Assembly: GCA_965220085.1 (NCBI GenBank)
Contig: CBDCOZ010000003.1
Location: forward strand, 608,001 to 672,000
Length of the DNA stretch: 64,000 nucleotides
Reading direction: 5' to 3'
From: Candidatus Oxydemutatoraceae bacterium
GTDB lineage: Bacteria > Pseudomonadota > Gammaproteobacteria > Poriferisulfidales > Oxydemutatoraceae
The notes beneath the pieces are model-generated. The model saw nothing but the letters and a program-made list of their open reading frames with translations. It was not told the DNA's origin and searched no databases. Shown piece after piece: positions 1 to 9,453 of this stretch. Each line of letters opens with the position of its first letter. Position 1 is the first letter of the stretch. The position numbers and the translations under genes were made by a program.

Positions 1-1
1 G

Positions 2-154
2 GCGGTGGAGACACCGGTCAATCTGACGGCCAAGCAGAAGGACTTGCTCAAAGAGTTTGATACGACGCTCGTTCACGGCAAGCATGCGCATACGCCGCAT
101 ACGGAAAGTTGGACTGATAACATCCGTCGCTTTATCAAAAACATGAAGCTGTAA
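2..154 (+). CDS. dnaJ: Chaperone DnaJ, C-terminal end (partial, runs off the window start)
   Basis: Frame 2 reads AVETPVNLTAKQKDLLKEF...SWTDNIRRFIKNMKL*, a typical DnaJ C-terminus (VETPVxL); dnaJ-dapB order is conserved. Confidence 0.85.
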   Translation, partial: AVETPVNLTAKQKDLLKEFDTTLVHGKHAHTPHTESWTDNIRRFIKNMKL

Positions 155-197
155 GGGATACAGTACAATAACGATTTGAAGATTTGGGGTTTTGCCG

Positions 198-995
198 ATG
201 CAACGTGTTGCGATAAACGGCGCCGCCGGGCGGATGGGACATGCCATCGTTGAGGCAGCGCGAGATGTGTCCGAGGTTCAATTGGCGCGGCTATATGTGC
301 ATCCCGATTCTCCGGATGCGGGGCAAGACGCGCCGCATTCGTCCGGCCTGCGCTATGAATCCTCCGCAGCGATAGCCGAGCATGCCCGCAACAAAGATTT
401 TGATGTCATGATTGATTTTTCGCCGCCTGAGTCGGTTTTGCGGACGCTTGAGGCTTGCGCCGATGCGGGGTGTCCGCTGGTGAGCGGCACCACCGGGTTT
501 GACGACACGGCGCCGGAAATCATCGAACAGGCGGCGGCGAAGGTTCCGTTAGTTTTCTCGCCCAATATGAGCATCGGTATCAATTTGTGTTTCCACTTGC
601 TCGGACAGATCAGCCGCGCGATTGGCAACGAAGCCGATATTGAAATCGTTGAGATGCATCATCGTTACAAGCGCGATGCTCCGTCCGGAACCGCCCTCAG
701 AATGGGAGAAGTGATCGCCAAAGAGTTGGGAGCGGATTTGAGCCAAAAGGCGGTTTATTCGCGACACGACAGAGACAGCGAACGTTGCAAAGGCGAGATA
801 GGATTTCAGGCGCTTCGCGCCGGCGATGTGGTCGGCGAGCACACGGCGATGTTTGCATTGGACGGCGAACGGATAGAGCTGACGCACCGGGCGACGGACC
901 GCCTAATCTTTGCGCGCGGGGCGGTGCGCGCCGCTATCTGGGCGGTCGGCCGCCCGCCCGGCCTCTACGGCATGCGGGATGTGCTGGCGGTATGA
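198..995 (+). CDS. dapB: 4-hydroxy-tetrahydrodipicolinate reductase
   Basis: VAINGAAGRMG, GTTG, EMHHRYKRDAPSGTAL and GDVVGEH motifs; ATG at 198. Confidence 0.97.
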   Translation: MQRVAINGAAGRMGHAIVEAARDVSEVQLARLYVHPDSPDAGQDAPHSSGLRYESSAAIAEHARNKDFDVMIDFSPPESVLRTLEACADAGCPLVSGTTGFDDTAPEIIEQAAAKVPLVFSPNMSIGINLCFHLLGQISRAIGNEADIEIVEMHHRYKRDAPSGTALRMGEVIAKELGADLSQKAVYSRHDRDSERCKGEIGFQALRAGDVVGEHTAMFALDGERIELTHRATDRLIFARGAVRAAIWAVGRPPGLYGMRDVLAV

Positions 996-1111
996 ACCCG
1001 CTCCTGTTGCTCCTACTTGCTTGATATTTCATAAAAAAATGTTGTGCTATACTGCGAAAGCAGTTCTCTATTGACTGTATTAACTTTTTAAACATGAACG
1101 GAGGGAAAGCA

Positions 1112-2455
1112 ATGAAAGCTTTTTTAATAAATTTGGCAGCAGCTTGTACAGCAATATTTTTTGTGAGTTCTGCCAGCGCCGACGAAACCTGTATGTCGCC
1201 GTATATGGCTAAAATTACCGGTCAGGAAGACTATGTGTATGTCTGGACCTTGGGTGTCGAAGGCCTCGGTGACGAGCAGGACAAACTCGTTACCATTGAT
1301 GTCAGACCGGATTCAAAGTCCTACGGCAAGGTAATCAACACCCTGTCTGTGGGCGGGCGGAATGAAGCCCATCATTCCGGCTTAACCGACGATCGTCGGT
1401 ATCTTTGGGCGGGAGGCTTGGATACGAGTAAGATTTTTATCTTTGATATACATAGCGCCCCTTCCAAGCCCAAACTGCACAAGGTAATCAGTGATTTTCC
1501 AAGCAAGACAAGAGGCCTTATCGGCCCGCATACTTTTTATGCTCTGGAAGGACGCATGATGATTACCGCTTTGTCCAATAACAAGGATCACGGCGGTCGC
1601 ACCGGCTTGGCCGAATATACCAATGACGGCCAATTCGTGGCCACCCACTGGATACCGACCGATCAGGATTTGCGCGGCGCGCAAAAGACCGGCAAGATTG
1701 CGGACGGCTACGGCTACGATGTGCGCGCCCTGCCGAGGCGCAATGTGATGTTGACGTCTTCGTTTACCGGCTGGTCAAACTATATGATGGACTTCGGCAC
1801 GATGCTCAAGGACGCGGAAGCGATGAAGCGCTTTGGCAACACGATGGTACTTTGGGATTTGCATACGCGCAAGCCGAAGAAGGTATTTGATGTGCCGGGA
1901 GCGCCGCTTGAAATTCGTTGCGCATGGAAAGAAGAGCACAACTATTGTTTCACGACGACAGCCTTGACCTCTAAGATGTGGGTCATCTACGAGGACAGCA
2001 ACGGCGAGTGGCACGCCAAGGAGAACGGCACCATCGGCGATCCGTCTTCGGTTCCGTTGCCGGTCGATATATCCATCACCGCCGACGATAACGGCATGTG
2101 GGTACAGACATTCATGGATGGCAAAACCCGCTACTTTGATATCAGCGACCCGTTCAATGCCAAGCAAGTGTATGAGCACAGAATCGGTTCGCAAGTGAAC
2201 ATGATCTCTCAAAGTTGGGACGGCAAGCGCACATACTTCTCTTCTTCGCTTCTGGGCAACTGGGACAAAACCGGCAAAGACGATGAGCAGTGGGTGAAGT
2301 TGTTCCATTGGGACGGCAAGAAACTGGAGCACAAGTTCACGGTGGACTTTTACAAAGAGAAACTCGGCAGAGCGCACCAGATGCGTTTCGGAGCCTATTC
2401 TTTGTATGCCGCGACACCCGATAGCGAGATGGACAAAATCTCCGCGCGTGACTAA
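1112..2455 (+). CDS. mtoX: Methanethiol oxidase / selenium-binding protein SBP56 family, exported
   Basis: GGAGGG SD before ATG 1112; signal peptide ending ASA-DETCMSPY; YVWTLG, NEAHHSG, GPHT, FTGW and LLGNWD motifs (candidate TTQ tryptophans). Confidence 0.88.
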   Translation: MKAFLINLAAACTAIFFVSSASADETCMSPYMAKITGQEDYVYVWTLGVEGLGDEQDKLVTIDVRPDSKSYGKVINTLSVGGRNEAHHSGLTDDRRYLWAGGLDTSKIFIFDIHSAPSKPKLHKVISDFPSKTRGLIGPHTFYALEGRMMITALSNNKDHGGRTGLAEYTNDGQFVATHWIPTDQDLRGAQKTGKIADGYGYDVRALPRRNVMLTSSFTGWSNYMMDFGTMLKDAEAMKRFGNTMVLWDLHTRKPKKVFDVPGAPLEIRCAWKEEHNYCFTTTALTSKMWVIYEDSNGEWHAKENGTIGDPSSVPLPVDISITADDNGMWVQTFMDGKTRYFDISDPFNAKQVYEHRIGSQVNMISQSWDGKRTYFSSSLLGNWDKTGKDDEQWVKLFHWDGKKLEHKFTVDFYKEKLGRAHQMRFGAYSLYAATPDSEMDKISARD

Positions 2456-2482
2456 GCGATTAAAAGTTATTTGAGCTTTTTG

Positions 2483-2510
2483 GAAAACCCGCCTCAGCGC
2501 GGGTTTTCTT
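2483..2510. terminator. Intrinsic, probably bidirectional, terminator between convergent mtoX and ssrA
   Basis: GAAAACCCGC-loop-GCGGGTTTTC inverted repeat. Confidence 0.75.
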
Positions 2511-2534
2511 TAACCCGTCGATGGCGGGGCCGGT

Positions 2535-2886
2535 TGGTGGAGGCGGCGGGAATTGAACCCGCGTCCGCACATTCTCCGCCTTTGGCGCTACATGTTTAGT
2601 CTGTCCGTATTACTAATCGCTTCCGACAGACAGGAAGACAGATTAGGTTGCCTGTCAAAAGTTTAACAAGCTAACCACAGGCGGATTAGCTTGCGATCTT
2701 GCGAAGACGACCCCCAAGCTCTTGTCACAAGCGCCGCAAGTTGGGAGGCATGGACGGGTGTTTAGGCCGCCAGTGCGTAGTTGTCGTTGTTGGCAACTAT
2801 AATTTTGCGGCAAGTTTAACGAGATTAGCCACATGCTCGACATGCGCCTCCGGTTTCGCAATGTGTGTCGAAACCACATCGCCCCC
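2535..2886 (-). ncRNA. ssrA: tmRNA; tag peptide ANNDNYALAA*
   Basis: Minus strand starts GGGGGCG..TTCGAC and ends GGGTTCAATTCCCGCCGCCTCCACCA; tag ORF at 2794-2762 encodes ANNDNYALAA-TAA. Confidence 0.97.
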
Positions 2887-2996
2887 AAAGTTACGGGTCG
2901 CATTGTATCATAGGGCTCCTGTATCCGTATGCGCCGGCTTTCTTGCGGGGGCGGCGGCCGGAATTAAAGTATAATGCGCTTAGTTCAGTTCGCAAG

Positions 2997-4244
2997 ATGA
3001 CCGACATAACACATATCGCAAAGGTTGCCAAAAATGCCGCACGCATTATAGGGCGGGCCTCAACCCAAGAAAAAGACCAAGTTCTTTCCGACATTGCGGA
3101 TAATCTGCAATCGGCGAAAGATTATTTGCTCGAGGAAAACCGCAAGGATTTGGAAGCGGCCAAGGAGAAGGGCAGCGAAGCTGCGATGCTGGAGCGCTTG
3201 GCGCTCAACGATCAACGGATCGAAGGGATGGTCGACGGTGTCCGTCAAGTCGGTCTGTTGCCTAATCCGATCGGAGATATCAGCCATGTCGAACAGCGCC
3301 CGTCGGGTATCTTTGTCGGCAAGATGCGCGTGCCTCTGGGTGTCATCGGAATCATCTATGAATCGCGTCCGAATGTCACCGCGGATGCGGCGGCCTTGTG
3401 CCTCAAGGCGGGCAATGCGGTCATTTTACGCGGCGGTTCGGAAGCGATTTATTCAAACTGCGCGATTGCGGAATGCATTGACAGCGCGCTCGGCGAAGCG
3501 GGGCTGCCGTCGGCGTGTGTGCAACTGATACGCAAGACGGGCCATGAGGCGGTCAGCGAGTTGCTCCGGTGCGATGAGTACGTGGATGTTTTGATTCCGC
3601 GCGGCGGCAAGGGCCTGATAGAACGGGTCAGCGCGGAGACAAAAATCCCCGTTCTGAAGCATCTGGACGGGGTCTGCCATGTCTATGTGGACGATTGCGC
3701 GGATATTGACATGGCGATTGACATCGCGGTCAATTCCAAGACCCATCGCTATGGCGTGTGTAATGCGATGGAAACCTTGCTTGTTGCGGAAAGCAAAGCG
3801 CAGGAGTTTCTGCCGCGTTTTGCCGCAATCATGCGCGAGCATTCGGTCGAATTGCGCGGCTGCCCGCATACCCGCCGTTTGGCGCCGGATGCCGTTGCCG
3901 CACAGGACAGCGATTGGAGCGAGGAATACCTCGGCCCGATTCTTGCGATCAGGGTGGTGTCCGACTTGACCGAAGCGATAAACCATATCGAGCGGTATGG
4001 TTCGCGCCACACCGACTCCATCGTCACTCAGAACAAAGAACACGAACTGCGTTTCATGAGGGAGGTCGATTCCAGTTCGGTGATGGCCAATGCCTCTACC
4101 CGTTTTGCCGACGGTTATGAATACGGTCTCGGCGCGGAGATCGGCATCAGCACCAACAAACTTCATGCGCGCGGGCCGGTAGGGCTCGAAGGTTTGACTA
4201 CCTTTAAGTTCGTTGTCTTCGGCAGCGGCCAAATTCGCAAGTGA
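2997..4244 (+). CDS. proA: Gamma-glutamyl phosphate reductase
   Basis: [42 protein letters not shown] and [10 protein letters not shown] motifs. Confidence 0.97.
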   Translation: MTDITHIAKVAKNAARIIGRASTQEKDQVLSDIADNLQSAKDYLLEENRKDLEAAKEKGSEAAMLERLALNDQRIEGMVDGVRQVGLLPNPIGDISHVEQRPSGIFVGKMRVPLGVIGIIYESRPNVTADAAALCLKAGNAVILRGGSEAIYSNCAIAECIDSALGEAGLPSACVQLIRKTGHEAVSELLRCDEYVDVLIPRGGKGLIERVSAETKIPVLKHLDGVCHVYVDDCADIDMAIDIAVNSKTHRYGVCNAMETLLVAESKAQEFLPRFAAIMREHSVELRGCPHTRRLAPDAVAAQDSDWSEEYLGPILAIRVVSDLTEAINHIERYGSRHTDSIVTQNKEHELRFMREVDSSSVMANASTRFADGYEYGLGAEIGISTNKLHARGPVGLEGLTTFKFVVFGSGQIRK

Positions 4245-4251
4245 GGAGTCG

Positions 4252-4875
4252 GTGATTGCATTGATGGGGGGCGCGTTTGATCCGGTTCATTTCGGGCACA
4301 TTCGCGCGTTGCTCAAAGTGTTGTCATACGAAGAGGTCTCAAAAGCATGCCTGATTCCTTGTGCGGCGCACTCCGACAAGGGCGAAGCCTGCGCCGGCGC
4401 CGAGGATCGGCTTGCGATGTTGCGCCTGCTCGAACGAACTGATGTGCATGTCGATAGCAGAGAGATCGATCGCGGCGGCGTTTCGCATACGGTCGATACG
4501 ATGTTAGAAATACGCCGCGAGGTCGGGCCCGATGTGGCGCTGGCGTGTATAGTCGGACAGGATGTGTCGGATACGATACACACTTGGAAACAGGCCGAGG
4601 CATTGCCGCAGTTAGCGAATTTGATCATTTTCTCTCGCACCGACCATGCAAGCCGTCCCCCGCTCTTGTGGTCGGAGGTCGATAGCATCCGAGAATTGTC
4701 GCGGTTTCCCGCCGGACGCTGCGTTTATATGAGAAACAAGCCGGTGGATATTTCGTCCACCGCAATTCGCAAGATGCTCGCGCGCCGCGAGCAGCCCCGC
4801 CATATGTTGCCCGGCGGCATCTGGAATTATATTCGCCGTCATCGTTTGTACGGATGGAAAGATGATGCGGTCTGA
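4252..4875 (+). CDS. nadD: Nicotinate-nucleotide adenylyltransferase
   Basis: GGAFDPVHFGH and ISSTAIR motifs; GAGGAG SD before GTG 4252. Confidence 0.93.
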   Translation: MIALMGGAFDPVHFGHIRALLKVLSYEEVSKACLIPCAAHSDKGEACAGAEDRLAMLRLLERTDVHVDSREIDRGGVSHTVDTMLEIRREVGPDVALACIVGQDVSDTIHTWKQAEALPQLANLIIFSRTDHASRPPLLWSEVDSIRELSRFPAGRCVYMRNKPVDISSTAIRKMLARREQPRHMLPGGIWNYIRRHRLYGWKDDAV

Positions 4876-5194
4876 GCGGCTTAAGGACATGGTGATCAAA
4901 CAACTCGATGGGCTCAAGGCGCATGATATCGCGGTATGCGATGTGCGCGGCAGAACGACGATTGCCGATTTCTTTGTGATCGCAACCGGCGCGTCAAGCC
5001 GGCATGCGCAAGCGCTGTCCGACAAAGTGGTCGCAAGCAGCAAAGCCGAAGGTTGTCATCTCATCGGCGTGGAAGGCTATGAAAGCAGCGACTGGATATT
5101 GGTCGATCTGGGCGATGTGGTGGTGCATGTGATGCGGGCATCGGCGCGTCGGTTTTATGATTTGGAAGGGTTGTGGGAAGTCAATGCCGATTAA
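4862..5194 (+). CDS. rsfS: Ribosome silencing factor (Iojap)
   Basis: WILVDLGDVVVHVM and FYDLEGLW motifs; follows nadD. Confidence 0.96.
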   Translation: MMRSERLKDMVIKQLDGLKAHDIAVCDVRGRTTIADFFVIATGASSRHAQALSDKVVASSKAEGCHLIGVEGYESSDWILVDLGDVVVHVMRASARRFYDLEGLWEVNAD

Positions 5195-5203
5195 TTCCAG
5201 CCT

Positions 5204-8200
5204 ATGAAATCAGTTCTATTATTCTTGAAACGCGTATCGTATGTAGTGGCGGCGGTCATTGTTTTAACCGCCATTCTGAGTTTGGTGTTCAGATGGGGTT
5301 TGATCCGGATTGATGACTACCGTGATGAGATCATTGCCGCGCTGGAGGATGCGACCGGTGCGCGGGTCGCAATCGGCCGCCTTGAGGCGAGTCTGCGCGG
5401 CCTTAATCTGTCGGTAAAAGCCGCCGACTTGAAGTTGGCTTCGCCCGCCGGCGAAGACGATGGCATCGCCGTGGCAGAGGCGATTATCGGGATTGACGGT
5501 TTGGCTTCTTTGTTCAACATGGAGTGGGCGCTTGAATCCGTTTATTTGTCACAGGCAAAACTAAAAGCCGCAACAGACCGTGACCGCAATCTGCTTCTGC
5601 CCGATATCGGGCTTGCAATACCGCTACAAGCGCCGCTGTATGGGCTCACAGCCCATGGCGATATGGCCCGCCGCTTGCATACGCGCATTCGCGTCGATGG
5701 TTTGGATGTCGAGTGGAGCAGTCCGCTTCATCCGCAAGCCCTGCATTTTGAAGACATCAGTCTTGTCATTGACAAAGAGAGCGCCGACGCATATATCGCA
5801 TTGGATGCGAGTTTGCCGCGGCAGTTCGGCAAGCACATTCGCATATCCGTCGGCGACGACGGGGTGTATCTGCGCGCCGAGATGCTTGAATTGGCCAATG
5901 TGCTTGCCGAGGCGGGGATGACATCGCCTCTCGACGGTCGGCTATCCGCCGAGTTGGCATGGCAGGCGGATGAAGCGGAGCACAAATTGGGGATATTTAA
6001 TTTGCGCCTGCAATCGCCGTCCCTGACCTTGGAGAACGCCAAGGCCAGTGTCATGCAACGAAAGCGCGCGGATGGAAAGTTTCAAACCGTGCTGCATTTT
6101 GATCTCGGAGAAGATGCGCGTATCGATGCGCAACGGATGCAAGCGTTGCGCGATGCGGCGGCAAAACATATCGGCGAGATAGCGACCGAAGTCGGCTTGA
6201 TTGAAACCGCCGCGGTGACGGCAAAGTTTGAACACGACACATCGTTATTTGCTCTGCCCGGGCGCGAATCATCTTGGAGCGAATCCGTATCGGACACGCT
6301 GCAATGGGAGCATCTGACCGCAGTCAAATCCGACTTGGCTCTTGAGCGGGTGATCTTGACAGAGAATAGCCGCTTGCTGGATCGTGTCGTCTTGCAAGCC
6401 GGCTTGCATCGCAGCCGGGATGATATGGTTCTGGATATCAACAAGGCGGAACTCTATGCCGGCGGGGCGGTGTTAAAAGGCAATGCGCGTATTGACGGCA
6501 AAGACATGTCACATATTACGACACAGTTTCGGCTTGAGGATATGCCGGTTACCGATGCGCTGGATTGGTTGCCCGCGGATGCGCCATTATTTCCGCAGGC
6601 GCAGTCGGGCTTGCGCGAGACATTTCAGGGCGGTGAGATAAAGCGCGCCGAAGTATATTTTGACGGCGCGCTTTCGTTGCCTGTCAAACTGTCCGAAAAC
6701 CGTTTTCGTATGCAGGCGGAAGCGGAGGGCATCAGTGTGCTGTATGCAAAAGAACAACCGCCGTTACACGATGTGGATGCCACGATCACAGCGAGCAACG
6801 AGATGTTTGAGGCGAGGGTCCGCAGCTTTCGCTCTCTCGGCGCGACCGGTCGGAATGCATCGGTAGTCATACGCGATATCACCGATCCCTATCTGGAGGC
6901 GAAGGCGACCCTGCATGCGCCGTTGCAAGATGTATTTGCCTATCTTGAAACCCTGCCGGATCTGTTTGCGACCCGCGACACCCTTGATGGCATCCAGGCC
7001 GCGGGGGATACTTGGATAGCGCTTGACTTAGGGCTGCCGCTCGCAGAGCCTGCGGAGCAACCGCTTCTTTTCAGCCTGACATTTGACTTGGACAAGAACG
7101 CTCTGACATTTGACGAATCCTTCCCGCAGATTCAAGACATAGAAGGGCGCCTTGTGATTGCGCACGACGATGCCCGCGCCGAGAATATCGGCGCGACCCT
7201 TGCCGGCCACCCGATTGTGCTTTCCGCCCATGTTAAAAACGACGACTTGGTTTTCGCCGCCGCCGCCGAATCCTTGCCCGCTTCTGTTCTTTCACAGTTG
7301 GCGTCAATCCCGCCCGACTTGCTTGACGGCGTATCCGATTGGCGCGCCGAGTTGGTCTTATCGTCCCTGTACAGTCAAACGGATACAGAAGACGAAACGA
7401 TCAGCTTTCGCGCCGCATCAAATTTGCAAGGGCTGGCGCTCCGTCTGCCCCGACCGTTTGGCAAATCTCATGCTCAGGCCGCGGACTTCCGTTTTGCCAC
7501 GGATCTAAGCGACACCGACGGCCGCACAAGCATCGCTTATGCCGAATTAGCGCGGCTTGATTTCCTGAGCGAGGCGTCGCCCCCGGTCGGGACCTTGCGA
7601 TTTTCTCCGCAACTGCCGTATCCGGCGGCGCCCATCCCGGCGGATGGTTTCGGCATACGCGGAACCATCCAAGAAGCGCATTTGAGCGAATGGCGCGAAT
7701 GGCGGGACGAGCGCCGCGCGCTGTTTCGGGACAGCAAGTCCGGCGGCAGAGGGGACGATACGAGTCATTTGTTTGACAATATCGATGTGACCGCGGAGCA
7801 AACCACCTTGGCCGATAACCGCTTCGGCGAATTAAAAGTCCGCACCGACCGCGATTCCAATAACAACCTTGTGATGGAGATTGCGTCGGAACCGATTGCC
7901 GGCAGAATCACCTTCCCGTCATCCGATGCCGCCCGCACATATGTTGATATGCAACGCCTGCATATCGATCACCCGATTGCCGACACCGCGACCGAGGATA
8001 CCCCCGACCCCAGAGAGATAGCGCCGATGGCGGTGAAGATCAATTCTTTTCGCTTTGAGAATATACGACTGGACAACTTGAAAATGTCCGTTGATTCCAA
8101 CAAAGAGGGAATCGATATCCCGCGGTTGGATTTTGAGCACATCCACAAAGACCATGTAATTTTGCGCGCGCGTCTTAAAGGAAGTTGGACAAGGGAAGGC

Positions 8201-8941
8201 GGGGCAGACCGAAGCGATTTTAAGTTTGAGGCCAAAGGCTCCGATTACGGCAGGCTGCTCAGAAATTGGGGATATAACACCAGTCTGCGCGATGGCAAAG
8301 GCCAGGCGCGCGGGCATCTCAGATGGGATGCGCCCGCTTATGCGATAGACATTGAGAAAATGAACGGCGCCGCTTCGTTTGATATCAAGGACGGGCGGGT
8401 CAAAGCGCTCGAGGTCGGCGCGGGCAAACTATTGGGCCTTTTGAATATCGGCGCGCTCGCGCGACGGTTCACATTGGATTTCAAAGACATATTTGACAAG
8501 GGTTTCAGTTTTGACGAATTCGGAGGGAACATAGAATTTAACGAAGGGAATATGCTGACCGATGACATCGTCATCAAAGGCCCCTCGCTTGACATGATTA
8601 TCAGCGGGCGCACCGGCATTGCGACCCGCGACTACGACCAAAGCATAGATGTCGTGCCCGACTTCAGTTCCAACCTTCCCTTGGCAACCGCGCTATTGGG
8701 CGGCCCGATCGCCGGCGCGCTCGTCTTCCTGGTGGACACGGTAACCGACCTCGGCGATGAGTTTGACGAAGCCATCGTGATGCGTTACACCTTGAAAGGG
8801 AGTTGGGAGGATCCGCAAGTGGATTTTGTCGAAGCGCCGACGATCAATCGCTTAAACCCCGGCGAGAGGCTGAAAGGGCTCTTTGACAGCGTGGGGGAAG
8901 GCATCAAGAAAGTCATGCCCGCCGGCGATGAGGACAACTAG
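5204..8941 (+). CDS. yhdP: YhdP / AsmA-like lipid transport protein (DUF3971 plus AsmA-like C-terminus)
   Basis: 1245 aa, N-terminal TM helix; C-terminal GAGKLLGLLN..LARRFTLDFKDIFDKGFSFD and Y.LKGSWEDPQV. Confidence 0.85.
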   Translation: MKSVLLFLKRVSYVVAAVIVLTAILSLVFRWGLIRIDDYRDEIIAALEDATGARVAIGRLEASLRGLNLSVKAADLKLASPAGEDDGIAVAEAIIGIDGLASLFNMEWALESVYLSQAKLKAATDRDRNLLLPDIGLAIPLQAPLYGLTAHGDMARRLHTRIRVDGLDVEWSSPLHPQALHFEDISLVIDKESADAYIALDASLPRQFGKHIRISVGDDGVYLRAEMLELANVLAEAGMTSPLDGRLSAELAWQADEAEHKLGIFNLRLQSPSLTLENAKASVMQRKRADGKFQTVLHFDLGEDARIDAQRMQALRDAAAKHIGEIATEVGLIETAAVTAKFEHDTSLFALPGRESSWSESVSDTLQWEHLTAVKSDLALERVILTENSRLLDRVVLQAGLHRSRDDMVLDINKAELYAGGAVLKGNARIDGKDMSHITTQFRLEDMPVTDALDWLPADAPLFPQAQSGLRETFQGGEIKRAEVYFDGALSLPVKLSENRFRMQAEAEGISVLYAKEQPPLHDVDATITASNEMFEARVRSFRSLGATGRNASVVIRDITDPYLEAKATLHAPLQDVFAYLETLPDLFATRDTLDGIQAAGDTWIALDLGLPLAEPAEQPLLFSLTFDLDKNALTFDESFPQIQDIEGRLVIAHDDARAENIGATLAGHPIVLSAHVKNDDLVFAAAAESLPASVLSQLASIPPDLLDGVSDWRAELVLSSLYSQTDTEDETISFRAASNLQGLALRLPRPFGKSHAQAADFRFATDLSDTDGRTSIAYAELARLDFLSEASPPVGTLRFSPQLPYPAAPIPADGFGIRGTIQEAHLSEWREWRDERRALFRDSKSGGRGDDTSHLFDNIDVTAEQTTLADNRFGELKVRTDRDSNNNLVMEIASEPIAGRITFPSSDAARTYVDMQRLHIDHPIADTATEDTPDPREIAPMAVKINSFRFENIRLDNLKMSVDSNKEGIDIPRLDFEHIHKDHVILRARLKGSWTREGGADRSDFKFEAKGSDYGRLLRNWGYNTSLRDGKGQARGHLRWDAPAYAIDIEKMNGAASFDIKDGRVKALEVGAGKLLGLLNIGALARRFTLDFKDIFDKGFSFDEFGGNIEFNEGNMLTDDIVIKGPSLDMIISGRTGIATRDYDQSIDVVPDFSSNLPLATALLGGPIAGALVFLVDTVTDLGDEFDEAIVMRYTLKGSWEDPQVDFVEAPTINRLNPGERLKGLFDSVGEGIKKVMPAGDEDN

Positions 8942-9170
8942 CGTGTGTGTCGGGCGGCCCGACGCAAACAGCGGATGGATAATGCCGGAAACATTGCGGA
9001 CTCCCGGCATCAACGCGGGATAAAAGCCACTATGGACGCCTGCCGCCTCAGCCGCTCCGTAGCCCCTGCGCTTGCGGCTGCGCCTTTTTCTTCAAGGCCC
9101 CCTGCAATAATGCGAGTAATCAGCGGCGGAGAAGGGGAGTATCATGGGGCGCACACAAAGGGGTGAAAAG

Positions 9171-9286
9171 GCGCTTGCAAATGATTGAACTTGTGATATA
9201 GTGCAACACTTATCGTATAACAGCCTTCGCGGGCACAAGATACAAAGGTATTTGCAAATGACTGACACTCTGTGGCATAGCGCAAC
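9171..9286 (+). promoter_or_regulatory. Two tandem sigma70-like promoter modules for FLEGPLR-family locus 1
   Basis: GCGC-TTGCAA(9175)-N16-TATAGT(9197), with TG before the -10; degenerate second copy TTGCAA(9252)...CATAGC; homologous to 18082-18250 and 42327-42358. Confidence 0.6.
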
Positions 9287-9453
9287 ATCAAACAATCCGC
9301 AAGCAACTGAGTGTTGTTTGCGTACACTAAGTAATTCACAAACAGTTAAATATTGTTTGTGCTCTCATATCGTTTGTGCTTCATTAAATGTTGCTTGTGT
9401 ACATATATCGTGCGGCTGTATTCACTAGGCATAGGCCATAAGGAGTAATAGAT

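Noticed and set aside
2535-2575. tRNA gene
   Set aside because: The T-arm and CCA end belong to the tmRNA, whose tag ORF is present.
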